From: an uncultured Pseudomonadales bacterium
GTDB lineage: Bacteria > Patescibacteriota > Microgenomatia > UBA1400 > MFAQ01
Direction: 5' to 3'
Assembly (NCBI GenBank): GCA_964357975.1
Contig: CAYHNG010000005.1
Span: 1,031-65,030, forward strand
Length of the DNA: 64,000 nucleotides
Shown: positions 21,937 through 31,633 of the stretch, in pieces
Layout of the letters: each line of letters opens with the position of its first letter
How positions within the stretch are numbered: position 1 is the stretch's first letter
The notes under the pieces: generated by a model
What the model was told of the DNA's origin: nothing
The model's input: only the letters and a program-made list of their open reading frames with translations
Databases searched by the model: none
Program-made: the position numbers and the translations under genes

Positions 21937-23010
21937 ATGGATAAGGCGGCAGAATTAATGCAGAATATACTATTGGCAGGGTCGGAAATGGGATCGTCCG
22001 ATATACATTTAGTGGCGAACAGTAATCCAATATTTAGGACACTGGGTAGGCTAGAACCATATAAGCCTGCCGGAATAATTGACGCTGAACTTATAATGGC
22101 CATGATCGGCAGCGTTATGAACCAAAACCAAAAAGAGTTATTCCTAAAAGATTTTGATCTTGATTTTTCCATCCACGTTCCGGGAAAGGCTCGGTACAGA
22201 GCCAATGCTTATTTTCAAAAAGGAACGCCGGCGATTTCGTTGCGTTTTATTCCCGATAAAATTCCGACGATCAGCGAGCTTGGTTTACCTGAGATTTGCC
22301 ACTCTTTTGCCAAATTGAAACAAGGGTTTATTTTGGTTACCGGACCAACCGGTTCCGGGAAATCGACTACTTTGGCGGCGATTATCGATGAGATAAATAC
22401 CAATCGTGCCGATCACGTGGTGACAATAGAAGACCCAATTGAATTTGTTCACGAAAACAAAAAATCTTTCATCAGTCAGCGAGAGTTGGGTGGGGATACC
22501 AAAAGCTGGGGCAACGCCTTGAAGTCTGTTCTACGCGAAGACCCGAACGTGGTTTATATTGGGGAAATGCGAGATCCCGATACCATGCAGGCGGCAATGA
22601 CGGTAGCGGAGACGGGGCACTTGGTTTTTGCAACTTTGCATACCAATACTGCGGCACAATCAGTGGAAAGGATTGTAGATAGTTTTCCGGAGGAACAGCA
22701 GGCGCAGGTAGTGCTACAGCTTTCAATGGTTTTGGAGGCAGTCTTGTCCCAAAGGTTAATACCTACCATAGGTGGAAAGCGAGCAGTGGCGACCGAAATT
22801 ATGGTGGTGACACCCGCAATAAGAAATAATATTCGAGAAGGAAAAACTTTCCAGATCGATAACGTAATTCAAACCAGTGCAAATCTGGGCATGAAATTAA
22901 TGGAAAATAGTCTTGCCGATCTGGTAAATAAAAATGTGATTGACAAAACTTCGGCGCTGGAATTCGCGATTAGACCATCTTTATTAGATAAGATGTTGGG
23001 CGGAAGATAA
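21937..23010 (+). CDS. pilT: Type IV pilus retraction ATPase PilT
   Basis: GPTGSGKSTT, REDP, AETGHLV, AIRNNIRE (AIRNLIRE motif). Confidence 0.92.
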   Translation: MDKAAELMQNILLAGSEMGSSDIHLVANSNPIFRTLGRLEPYKPAGIIDAELIMAMIGSVMNQNQKELFLKDFDLDFSIHVPGKARYRANAYFQKGTPAISLRFIPDKIPTISELGLPEICHSFAKLKQGFILVTGPTGSGKSTTLAAIIDEINTNRADHVVTIEDPIEFVHENKKSFISQRELGGDTKSWGNALKSVLREDPNVVYIGEMRDPDTMQAAMTVAETGHLVFATLHTNTAAQSVERIVDSFPEEQQAQVVLQLSMVLEAVLSQRLIPTIGGKRAVATEIMVVTPAIRNNIREGKTFQIDNVIQTSANLGMKLMENSLADLVNKNVIDKTSALEFAIRPSLLDKMLGGR

Positions 23011-23013
23011 TAA

Positions 23014-24216
23014 ATGAAAACTTTTCGTTATAAAGTGACGGACAGAGAGGGAAATGCGTCAAGCGGCGTACTGGAGGCAATTGAGGAAAAACAAGCGGCA
23101 AATATACTCCGGAGCAAAGGTCTCCTAATTACCTCTTTAAACGAGGCCGACCAATTTAATTTGGAACCCTTAATTGGACGGTTCTCCAAACCAAAGGCTG
23201 ATGAAATCACCAATTTTACTCGACAGATGGCAACGATGATTGGATCCGGTTTGCCACTAGTTGAAGCATTAAGAATATTAAAAAACCAATCCGGTTCCGG
23301 AATGAAACCGATAATTGAAAAGATCCTGTCGGAAGTTGAAGGAGGATCAACTTTATCCGATGCAGTGGAAAATTCCGGAGGAGGTTTTTCGGCGGTTTAC
23401 GTTTCGATGGTGCGGGCAGGAGAATCGGCGGGGGTTTTGGATCAGGTGATGGGAAAGTTGGCGGACGCACTGGACAAACAGCGAGAGTTCAGAAGCAAAA
23501 CCAAAGGGGCAATGGTGTATCCGGTAATTATTTTTATAGCAATGATCGTAATCGCTTCAATAATGATGGTGTTTGTGGTTCCTAAGCTGACGGCGATGTA
23601 TAAAGATTTTGGAGCAGAGTTACCCGGTCCAACCAAAGTGTTGATGGCGGTAAGTGACTTGGCAGTTAATTATTGGTTCGTAGTTCTGGGGGTGGTTATC
23701 GGATTCGTTTTGCTTTTTTCCAGTTGGTCAAAAACCGAAGTGGGGGGGCTGGTGGTGGAGCAGTTGACTTTCAAGATTCCTATTTGGGGTAAACTGAGAA
23801 AAGATATCATTTTAACCGAGTTTGCCCGCACCATTAGCGTGTTGTTGGGTGCCGGTATTCCCATTTTGGACGCATTAAATATTGTGGCCAACACGCTTGG
23901 AAGTCGAGTTTATTCGACAGGAATAAAACAGGCAGCCGTCTATGTGGAAAAGGGAGTGGGCTTGGCAGAGTCGGTGACGCGACTGGAGATGTTTCCTCCA
24001 ATATTATCGCAGATGATTTCCGTGGGCGAAGAAACGGGAAAGTTGGATACGGTGTTGGCCAAACTAGCCACCTTTTATGAATCGGAAAGTGAGATAAAGA
24101 TCAAAGCCTTAACCACAGCCATTGAGCCCTTAATAATGATTATCATGGGAATCGGAGTGGGGTTTTTGGTAATCGCGGTCATCATGCCTATCTACAACTT
24201 GACAAGTCAGTTTTAA
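23014..24216 (+). CDS. pilC: Type IV pilus platform protein PilC/GspF
   Basis: RAGESAG and VGEETG repeats, YP, IEP...IMPIY. Confidence 0.92.
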   Translation: MKTFRYKVTDREGNASSGVLEAIEEKQAANILRSKGLLITSLNEADQFNLEPLIGRFSKPKADEITNFTRQMATMIGSGLPLVEALRILKNQSGSGMKPIIEKILSEVEGGSTLSDAVENSGGGFSAVYVSMVRAGESAGVLDQVMGKLADALDKQREFRSKTKGAMVYPVIIFIAMIVIASIMMVFVVPKLTAMYKDFGAELPGPTKVLMAVSDLAVNYWFVVLGVVIGFVLLFSSWSKTEVGGLVVEQLTFKIPIWGKLRKDIILTEFARTISVLLGAGIPILDALNIVANTLGSRVYSTGIKQAAVYVEKGVGLAESVTRLEMFPPILSQMISVGEETGKLDTVLAKLATFYESESEIKIKALTTAIEPLIMIIMGIGVGFLVIAVIMPIYNLTSQF

Positions 24217-24254
24217 TAATTCATAGTTAAGTAGTGGTTAACAGTTCAAGTAAT

Positions 24255-24818
24255 ATGAAAAATCAAGGTTTTACGCTAATGGAGTTGTTAATAGTCATTG
24301 GTGTGCTTGGTATTCTCGCCGCCGGACTACTAGCCGCGATCGATCCGTTTGAACAGCTCAAAAAAGCTCGAGACAGCAACTATCGTAGTGGAGCCATTGA
24401 ACTCTTGCAATCCTTACAGCGTTATTACGCCAATCATGGCTATTTCCCTTGGAGAGCAGCGGGTACTACTTGTGCGACCGACAATACCACGACACTCGCC
24501 CCAGCCGTTCCGGTTGCCTCTTTGGCGGCAGCGGTGGTTAAAGTTGGCACCAATCAAGATACCGAAATTAAATCTTGTGTCGATGACCTAATTGCAGATG
24601 GTGAACTAAAAGCTACTTTTAGTCAAGGATTAAACACAACGATTTATCTAAGTTCGTGGAGCAAGACAGATGTTCGTGTGTGTTTTGCACCGGAGAGTAA
24701 AAGTATTCGGAATGATGGTCAGACAAACTTACATTTGGAAGGGACCTCAGAACTGGTGACCGAAGGATGTACTTCCGACCAGAAGTTGGCTGGAGACTGC
24801 CTCCAGTGTTTCCAGTAA
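24255..24818 (+). CDS. Type IV pilin (probable major pilin)
   Basis: MKNQG|FTLMELLIVI class III signal; follows pilC and has its own terminator. Confidence 0.8.
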   Translation: MKNQGFTLMELLIVIGVLGILAAGLLAAIDPFEQLKKARDSNYRSGAIELLQSLQRYYANHGYFPWRAAGTTCATDNTTTLAPAVPVASLAAAVVKVGTNQDTEIKSCVDDLIADGELKATFSQGLNTTIYLSSWSKTDVRVCFAPESKSIRNDGQTNLHLEGTSELVTEGCTSDQKLAGDCLQCFQ

Positions 24819-24841
24819 AACGAAAAAATAGTTTTAGTAAT

Positions 24842-24866
24842 AAACTCCGCCCACCGGCGGGGTTTT
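24842..24866 (+). terminator. Intrinsic terminator after pilin
   Basis: AAACTCCGCC-CACC-GGCGGGGTTTT. Confidence 0.7.
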
Positions 24867-24882
24867 GGGTTAGAATCTACAT

Positions 24883-25698
24883 ATGATCTTGGTAATTCTT
24901 TTTTTGTTCGTCATGGGATTGGTTTGGGGGAGTTTTTTGAATGTAGTCATTTGGCGGATGTCTCATGGAAGCTCTCCCTTATCGGGAAGGTCAGTTTGTC
25001 CAAAATGTAAACACGTGATTTCTTGGTATATGAACATACCGGTTCTCTCCTTCATTTTTCTGGGAGGAAGATGTGCATTTTGTCATATGAAAATATCAAT
25101 CCGCTATCCGCTGATAGAGTTACTGACAGGAATCTTTTTTGTTTGGTGGTTTGTGGTTGGTTTTAATTTCTTTAAATTAGTAGGAAGTCCATGGAGTTTT
25201 ATTCAGCCGGTGTTTTGGCTGGTAACGGGTCTGGTTATGTTTACGATTTTGGTGACCGACCTGCTGTACATGGTGATTCCTTTTGCTTTGAATCTGACGC
25301 TATTTTCTTTGGCCCTGTCTTACCGTATTGGGCTGACCAGTTTTGGCATTATGGATAGTGCCGATTTGTTGCGATCAATTGGCGCAGGAGTGGGAATTTG
25401 TCTACTATTCATTTTGTTGCAGCTGGCTACTCGAAAAATTAAAAAGGTGGATGGTTTTGGATTAGGCGATATCTATCTGGTACCCTCGCTTGGTCTATTA
25501 CTTGGCTGGCCAAAAATATTACCCGGAATGTTCTCGGCCTTCGTTTTGGGGTCTGTGGTTGGGGTGGTACTGATGATGCTAAAGAAAAAGAAGATGAGCC
25601 AGTATCTCCCTTTTGGTCCGTTCCTAATTTTGGGAACGGCTATTGGTTTACTCTGGGGAGCCGTAATTTGGAGTTGGTATACTGGCCTTCTGTTCTAG
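24883..25698 (+). CDS. pilD: Prepilin peptidase
   Basis: GSFLNVVIWR, RSVCPKC...GRCAFC, GLGD, PFGPFL. Confidence 0.92.
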   Translation: MILVILFLFVMGLVWGSFLNVVIWRMSHGSSPLSGRSVCPKCKHVISWYMNIPVLSFIFLGGRCAFCHMKISIRYPLIELLTGIFFVWWFVVGFNFFKLVGSPWSFIQPVFWLVTGLVMFTILVTDLLYMVIPFALNLTLFSLALSYRIGLTSFGIMDSADLLRSIGAGVGICLLFILLQLATRKIKKVDGFGLGDIYLVPSLGLLLGWPKILPGMFSAFVLGSVVGVVLMMLKKKKMSQYLPFGPFLILGTAIGLLWGAVIWSWYTGLLF

Positions 25699-25706
25699 TC
25701 TACCTT

Positions 25707-27995
25707 TTACGGCACAAACGGTTTGTAGTATTTACTGTAGATCTTCAGAGGGTTAGGTGAGTTGTAAGACAAATCCGGTCGGTAGACAAAGATCTCCGAA
25801 GGGGCGGTGTTGTTGGTGACACCTAAGTCTCTGCTCAGCTCGACACCTTTCCAGCCGATAAAAGAACCATTACCGACAAACTGAACATCGGTTTGGTCAC
25901 AGCCCGGTGTACCGTCGGTATCCAGACAAGGAATGGAGAGAGTGTCGCTAATGTACCAGCCTTCCGACTGGGTCACCGACGGAGCAAAGGTGATGGTGCC
26001 GTGAGCAATGATGGCCAGAAAAGCACCACTAGGGACCGTAAGGTTGTTTTGGATGGTGACATTACCGTCGATCTCAAAGACGGCTTTTTGGTTGCCGGTG
26101 GGACTGAAAGTAAAATTGGCCACTGATGAATTGGTTCTGAAGATTTGATACCCCAGTTCTTGATCGTCGTAGACGATGGGGTCGGTACCATTCCAGGTTG
26201 TTTGGGTAAAAAGATTAAAGCGGCTGTGGTAGAAGTTCCAGTCGTAGATGAGTCCTTGATATGAGCTGAGTTTTTCCCAAAGCTTGGTGCTGACTTTGGC
26301 GCCATTATTGTTACCAAACATTTGGGGCAAAGCGAGACCGTAACTAAGGAAACCCCAACGGTTAACCGGGGTGGTGTTGGGTAAGATTAGCGACTGTTCG
26401 GTGGGGAGAGAAGCCGGGATGTGAGAAGTAATCCCCCCTTCAGCGTGGACAGCAGCTCCTTTGGCTTGCCACCAACCACTAAAGACTTTGTCAAAACCAA
26501 AACTCATGTTTTTGACGACGGAACAGGGTTGGGTATCACAAGCGGGGCTGCTACCCGGAACGGTGGCGATGGTAGAAGTACAGACGAGTTTAGGGCCTGA
26601 ACTGACAGAGTAGTAGCCGGCGAGGGAGGAAAAGTCGTAGACATAGTTAGAGGGTGCGTACACATTGATGGAGTAGTTGCCGTTAGCATTGGTGGCGGAC
26701 GCAGATAGAGGGGCCCAAGGATGTGGCGCGACACTTTTTTGATCGGTAAAACCAAAAGTCTGGTTCGCCGCTCCCCTCCCTCCCAGACCGGTGAGATATC
26801 CGGTGGTTGGATCAAAGGCCGGACAAGTATCCAGGCCGGAGGCGTCGAAAAGAGTGCCTCTGACTGTTCCCAAACAGTCCTCTGATAGGGATATCGCAGC
26901 GCAATCGTTTGTGCCGCAGGTTTCGGAGCAGGTACGAGTGCGTTTGTGCGTAGTAGCATTGCAGGCGCTCCAGGCGGAAATAGTTGGTCCTGTCTCGATG
27001 CAGTTTACGTTTACTGGTGACGTGGCGGAACAATCATTTCTTTCGCCATAGTCACTACTATTTAGTATGACCTTGGCGACAATGTTGGTGGGAGAATTTA
27101 TGGATGATCTTCCGGTAACCACAGTGCGAAAGAGTTCATTGATGGTCAAATTATTTAAATCCGATGCTGGGCTGACGGTAGCGACGGCGGTATTGTTGGA
27201 AGAAAAATCTACCCGCTTAAAAGATGTCCAGGCGTTTAAGGTGTCGACGATGGGCATGGTTAGAGTTCTGGTGGCGCTGGGGTTAAGTGTCAATGAAGAC
27301 GGTGTTAAACTGCAGGTAGATATCCACGGTCTCAGGGTCGATGCACTGCACGGACCGGCCGTCTCGATTATTTTGAAGTAATATACCGTGTTGGCGGCAA
27401 ACTTTGTTTTTAATATCTGATACGAACTTACACCGCTGCTGAGATACGTCAGAACCACACAATCAGCGGCAGTGTAACCAGCCGCTGCTGAGCAATTATA
27501 TTTGGCAGCGAGAGGGTTGTCCGATACAACAATCGCCTGCTGAACACCGCCAGAACCAGGAGACCATGTCACATTAATCTTGGTCCCGGGGAAATCGCGA
27601 TCGATCGATAGTCTGCTTGGCGCCGTTGTCTGACAATTGACACCGCCTCCACCAATGTCACTTTGACAGCAGGTGCCGGGTCCGATCGAGGATGGCACGG
27701 TGCTGTTACAGAAAGGAGGGACAGCATCAGGGGCACATTCCTTAAAACTATAGGGAAAGGCGTAGTTAATCACTCCATAGGTACACTCAGAGTCACAGCT
27801 AGCCGTCCCCCGTCCGTAATCTGTGTAACAATACGTAGCTGAAGCGCTTGTTTTACATCCTATCGGCGCATCCACCACCCGGGTACCCATGCAAGTGTCG
27901 CCCACTAGGCAGACAGTGGCGGCCACAGTTCCCGGTCGCAGTAGTTCAATCCCAGCGAACAGAAAACTCCAGACCACTACATCTCTAATCCGCAT
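25707..27995 (-). CDS. Large secreted Cys-rich surface protein (FN3/Ig-like, TSP1-like motif)
   Basis: N-terminal signal, Cys-rich start, VTW...YYFKI FN3-like segment, FSSNNTAVATV Ig-like segment, WSAC...RTRTC. Confidence 0.7.
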   Translation of the reverse strand: MRIRDVVVWSFLFAGIELLRPGTVAATVCLVGDTCMGTRVVDAPIGCKTSASATYCYTDYGRGTASCDSECTYGVINYAFPYSFKECAPDAVPPFCNSTVPSSIGPGTCCQSDIGGGGVNCQTTAPSRLSIDRDFPGTKINVTWSPGSGGVQQAIVVSDNPLAAKYNCSAAAGYTAADCVVLTYLSSGVSSYQILKTKFAANTVYYFKIIETAGPCSASTLRPWISTCSLTPSSLTLNPSATRTLTMPIVDTLNAWTSFKRVDFSSNNTAVATVSPASDLNNLTINELFRTVVTGRSSINSPTNIVAKVILNSSDYGERNDCSATSPVNVNCIETGPTISAWSACNATTHKRTRTCSETCGTNDCAAISLSEDCLGTVRGTLFDASGLDTCPAFDPTTGYLTGLGGRGAANQTFGFTDQKSVAPHPWAPLSASATNANGNYSINVYAPSNYVYDFSSLAGYYSVSSGPKLVCTSTIATVPGSSPACDTQPCSVVKNMSFGFDKVFSGWWQAKGAAVHAEGGITSHIPASLPTEQSLILPNTTPVNRWGFLSYGLALPQMFGNNNGAKVSTKLWEKLSSYQGLIYDWNFYHSRFNLFTQTTWNGTDPIVYDDQELGYQIFRTNSSVANFTFSPTGNQKAVFEIDGNVTIQNNLTVPSGAFLAIIAHGTITFAPSVTQSEGWYISDTLSIPCLDTDGTPGCDQTDVQFVGNGSFIGWKGVELSRDLGVTNNTAPSEIFVYRPDLSYNSPNPLKIYSKYYKPFVP

Positions 27996-28596
27996 ACAGT
28001 TTCATAGAAATAAAGCTTACCGGCACCACCACGTACGGTAACTTCCCGTTTTTCAGCTCTTCTTCAGTCGTAGATTGGTACTTCAGGTCCGCCAAGACAT
28101 CGGTGAGGAAACAGAAGCCTCTAAGATTTTCGGCTATGGGGAGACAATCGGTAACATCCAGTGACTCGGGAATAGAGTTAAGATACTCAGCCCGAATCTG
28201 GGTACCTTTTTTGAAGCTCTTTTTTAATAAAGCGAAGCTCAGTCTCTTGACCCCTCCATCCATTGGTTGAAAAACGATTTCTTCCACCTGGTACCCATTG
28301 GGCGTCTGGCCGGAAACAAACAATTTGGCCTCTCGTATTTGATTGTTCTGATCGGTGAAACGAACCACTACGAAGTTCTGACCATTTTGGGTCTGGAACC
28401 CTTTGACTACCGGCTGAAAGTTCTTTAGAGTCCAACCTATTTCTCCGGCTACCACCCCGTACTGCTGGGGAAAAGCCGTCAACAAAGATTGTAGTTTAAG
28501 ATTATTTGCTTGGAGCCACAAGTATCCCCCCGCAATCCAAACAAGGATTACAAAAACTGCCAATAATCCTACCCTCTTGTTTATTATCACTATCAA
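27985..28596 (-). CDS. Hypothetical membrane-anchored protein
   Basis: N-terminal TM helix; overlaps the start of the downstream gene. Confidence 0.6.
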   Translation of the reverse strand: MIVIINKRVGLLAVFVILVWIAGGYLWLQANNLKLQSLLTAFPQQYGVVAGEIGWTLKNFQPVVKGFQTQNGQNFVVVRFTDQNNQIREAKLFVSGQTPNGYQVEEIVFQPMDGGVKRLSFALLKKSFKKGTQIRAEYLNSIPESLDVTDCLPIAENLRGFCFLTDVLADLKYQSTTEEELKNGKLPYVVVPVSFISMKLYAD

Positions 28597-28635
28597 TTAT
28601 CTTAAGCAGGAAAGACTGGAAATACAAGCCAGATA

Positions 28636-30105
28636 CTACTTGTAGTGAAACATATCTCCAACCTTATGATAATCAAATATAATATTAGCCGGTAAGATAT
28701 CATCATCCTCTACAACCATGTCCTTCAGGTTAAGCTGCTGAGCATCAATTAAATATGATAGGATTTCACATCTCAAATTCCCCTGGCAAACGGCAATCCC
28801 GTTTCCATAATATATATTCATATTTAATTCCAGCTGTAAACCACGTTTGGCTTTTAGTAACAAATCTTCGAAGGTTTTTAACTCGACATTTTCGTCAGAC
28901 GTACCTGAGCCGTACCATGTCTCCAGTATCACCTGACCATTTTTGTCGACATAAAGGAGAGGCACAAAGACATGTCTGATGATACTAGGATCTTCCATAT
29001 CTTTGATAATTACCGGTAGGAGAGTGACCGTCATTTCTTTGCCGTTCAATATCATTTTTTTCTCCACCGCTGGCTCTCCGGTAATGATTGGCCAACTAGA
29101 CACAGTAATAGCACCTCTCTCATAATGCCAATTAATTTCCGGCTGCCAGTTCGTTTGCCTGACGGCATCTTCAAAAAGTTTCCAGTCGGTTTTTTGCCAC
29201 TGTTTTTCGGCATTCAGCTCAAACCATACCTCATCGCCCACTTTTACCTGATTGTTCTCTATTTTGTAGTTCGCAGGAAGAGCGGAAAGATACTCGGGAG
29301 GGAGAGTGGGAAACTTGGGGGTGGGAGGGACTATTTCGGTTGGCCTTAGGGTGGGTTTGGGAGTAGCTGAGGGAACAATAGTAGGGGCTTTCTCTGTTAG
29401 TTCGGCCGAGGTGGACGTGGCAGCGATAACGAGAGTTTCGTGCCCGCCTGGTTTGTCGGCACTCACTGGCTGAGCGGCACAAGAAGCTAGTGCTAACGCC
29501 ATGATGCTAATAACAGCAGGAACTGCAGCTTTGCCGGCCGGAATTAATCTGGTCCATTCAATTCTGTTGTCTATATTGGTCGCCTTATTGCTATTTACAA
29601 GTAAATTGGTCAAGCCTTTATCAATTTCCTTCAAAGCTATATTAAAGCTAGTTTCCAGTCCGGGATAAGTATCCAGAGCCACTTCTCTTGCGGCTATGAT
29701 TTTGGCCTTTGTTAGCATGAGTAGGGAAACTCGCTCAGCTTGGTCGAGCAATCCAAAAGAAGTGTTCTCATCTTTACCCTCACCCATTGTGTGTCTGATT
29801 TTTTCTGCAGCTGTTTCTCCAATCCGGGAAGACACGTGCATTAACCCTCTCCGTGATGAGTAGGCAGAAGTTTTGCTTAGTACATATCCTTCAAGCTGCT
29901 TAATTCTTGGAAAGAGTTCGCTCCGTGTCCAAAATTCTACGCTGGTAGCTGGATCTTGGTTGGAATTCTCCGAATCGAATAGTCCTGATTTGGCTTCAAA
30001 CTGTGCAATTAGATCGTCAGCTGCAATCCGCAGGACGTTAGCCCAATCCTGGACCACGGCGTTAACTTCTCCTTTGGGTGGGTTATCCCAGAATTCTATG
30101 TTCAT
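28636..30105 (-). CDS. Hypothetical protein with internal lipobox-like segment and Pro/Thr linker
   Basis: VISIMALALASC at about aa 200 followed by PTIVPSATPKPTLRPTEIVPPTP. Confidence 0.65.
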   Translation of the reverse strand: MNIEFWDNPPKGEVNAVVQDWANVLRIAADDLIAQFEAKSGLFDSENSNQDPATSVEFWTRSELFPRIKQLEGYVLSKTSAYSSRRGLMHVSSRIGETAAEKIRHTMGEGKDENTSFGLLDQAERVSLLMLTKAKIIAAREVALDTYPGLETSFNIALKEIDKGLTNLLVNSNKATNIDNRIEWTRLIPAGKAAVPAVISIMALALASCAAQPVSADKPGGHETLVIAATSTSAELTEKAPTIVPSATPKPTLRPTEIVPPTPKFPTLPPEYLSALPANYKIENNQVKVGDEVWFELNAEKQWQKTDWKLFEDAVRQTNWQPEINWHYERGAITVSSWPIITGEPAVEKKMILNGKEMTVTLLPVIIKDMEDPSIIRHVFVPLLYVDKNGQVILETWYGSGTSDENVELKTFEDLLLKAKRGLQLELNMNIYYGNGIAVCQGNLRCEILSYLIDAQQLNLKDMVVEDDDILPANIIFDYHKVGDMFHYK

Positions 30106-30313
30106 TGGTCATAATTCTAATCCTTTTCTCCATCTTTGTCAAGGTTATAGGCTGATATGTGTAATGGGTGTGTATCTATTTATTCCCAATATACTCAGTA
30201 AATGTGTATATCAGATTCCATCTATGGGGTTTAGGCTGGGGGTATCTAGGCGCATTCTACTATAATGTTAGATACGTAGTTAATATGTAACGTATTTGGT
30301 ATAATCGATAGAA

Positions 30314-31009
30314 ATGCGGACAGAAGATGGGTTCTTGAGTCAAAATCTATATGGGTTTGTGGAGGACGAGGCTGTGAAATTAGCCACGAAGCTATGTCGG
30401 AGAATAAAGATGGTCCCGAGAGAACACGGCTATGTATGGATGGTGGTGGGAAGCAGCTGTTCGGGTAAATCACTAACCATAATTCGGCTAAAAAAATTGC
30501 TCATGGAGTCCGAGAGGATGGTGGGGCCATATGTGTTTTGCCAGCCCAAAGTAGACAGAGCCGATCTAATAGACGGAGTGATTAGATCAAGGAATAAGGA
30601 ACGGATCGACGCGGTGAGTTTTAGTTCGAAGCCGGAAATTGAGAAAGTTTTTCATGATAATGATGTTGTGGTTGTAGATGAAATCCAGCTAGTTTCTCCC
30701 TTGCTCCAAAGTTTTTTTCTCAAAGAACTCGGCTTGTTCGTCGAAAGAGGAGGGATATTTGTTGGAGTTGGGCTGGACTTTAATAGTTTGGGTGGAGAGT
30801 TCATTTTTTCGGCCTTATTGAAATCCAGATCCGACAAAGTTCACCATCTTTATTCGTTGTGCTCAATGTGTGGTAAGCCAGCGGATCGATTTGATCAGAG
30901 GTTGATAAATGGGATTCCGGCCAGGGTAGATATGCCCGATTTTGTGGGACCAACAGATAGTGTGACTTATGAGCCTCGTTGTGCTGATTGTTTAATAATA
31001 AAGAAATAA
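30314..31009 (+). CDS. tdk: Thymidine kinase (type II)
   Basis: GSSCSGKS P-loop, VVVDEIQ, GLD, CSMC...YEPRCADC zinc motif. Confidence 0.85.
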   Translation: MRTEDGFLSQNLYGFVEDEAVKLATKLCRRIKMVPREHGYVWMVVGSSCSGKSLTIIRLKKLLMESERMVGPYVFCQPKVDRADLIDGVIRSRNKERIDAVSFSSKPEIEKVFHDNDVVVVDEIQLVSPLLQSFFLKELGLFVERGGIFVGVGLDFNSLGGEFIFSALLKSRSDKVHHLYSLCSMCGKPADRFDQRLINGIPARVDMPDFVGPTDSVTYEPRCADCLIIKK

Positions 31010-31013
31010 TTAT

Positions 31014-31583
31014 ATGAAAATATATTTTTCCGCACCAATTAGCAATGTTCGAGAAGAAGATAAGAAAAACTATCTGAGGATCGTAGAATTGCTGAAAAAA
31101 TTAGGCCATAACGTGTTGTTTGATCATCTACTGAATAAGGACAAAGATTTTCTGATTAGACAATCTCCGAAGGAAAGCTTGGAGAGTCAACGACTGATGA
31201 CTAAAAGAAAGAATCAGGCAGACCTAGTAATCATTGAAGCATCCGTTCCAAGCTTTGGAATTGGTCAAGAGATTTCGCATTGTCTACAAAATAGCAAACA
31301 AGTCATCATACTTTATCGTGAAGGCAGGCCCCACATCCTCAGAGATGAGGGTGAAGACCTGCTCTTTTTCTACCAATACAATACGGAAACGCTCAGCGAG
31401 ACTCTAAGAGACGCCATCGAAAAGGCCCGTGAAAAAGTGGATGTCAGATTCAACTTCTACATTTCCCCAGAGATTGGACGATACTTGGACTGGATCAGCC
31501 AGAAAAAGAAGCTCCCCAGATCGGTTTTCTTGAGAGGGTTGGTGGAGAGGCACATGAGGGCAGACAAGGAGTATAAGGATTGA
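31014..31583 (+). CDS. Nucleoside 2-deoxyribosyltransferase-like domain fused to a C-terminal ribbon-helix-helix domain
   Basis: MKIYFSAP...ADLVIIEASVPSFGIGQEI (NDT/DNPH1-like); C-terminal VRFNFYISPEIGRYLDWISQKKKLPRSVFLRGLV (RHH pattern). Confidence 0.7.
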   Translation: MKIYFSAPISNVREEDKKNYLRIVELLKKLGHNVLFDHLLNKDKDFLIRQSPKESLESQRLMTKRKNQADLVIIEASVPSFGIGQEISHCLQNSKQVIILYREGRPHILRDEGEDLLFFYQYNTETLSETLRDAIEKAREKVDVRFNFYISPEIGRYLDWISQKKKLPRSVFLRGLVERHMRADKEYKD

Positions 31584-31598
31584 TTGTGGCCGGTTGGT

Positions 31599-31627
31599 TT
31601 GACTTTTGTGGGGGATTCCAGCAAAAT
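31599..31627 (+). promoter_or_regulatory. Sigma70-type promoter of pilin operon
   Basis: TTGACT-N17-CAAAAT, 6 nt before GTG 31634. Confidence 0.6.
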
Positions 31628-31633
31628 GGAGTT

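Noticed and set aside
31580-31633. N-terminal extension of the first pilin as called in the ORF track
   Set aside because: This stretch holds a TTGACT-N17-CAAAAT promoter; GTG 31634 gives a normal short leader
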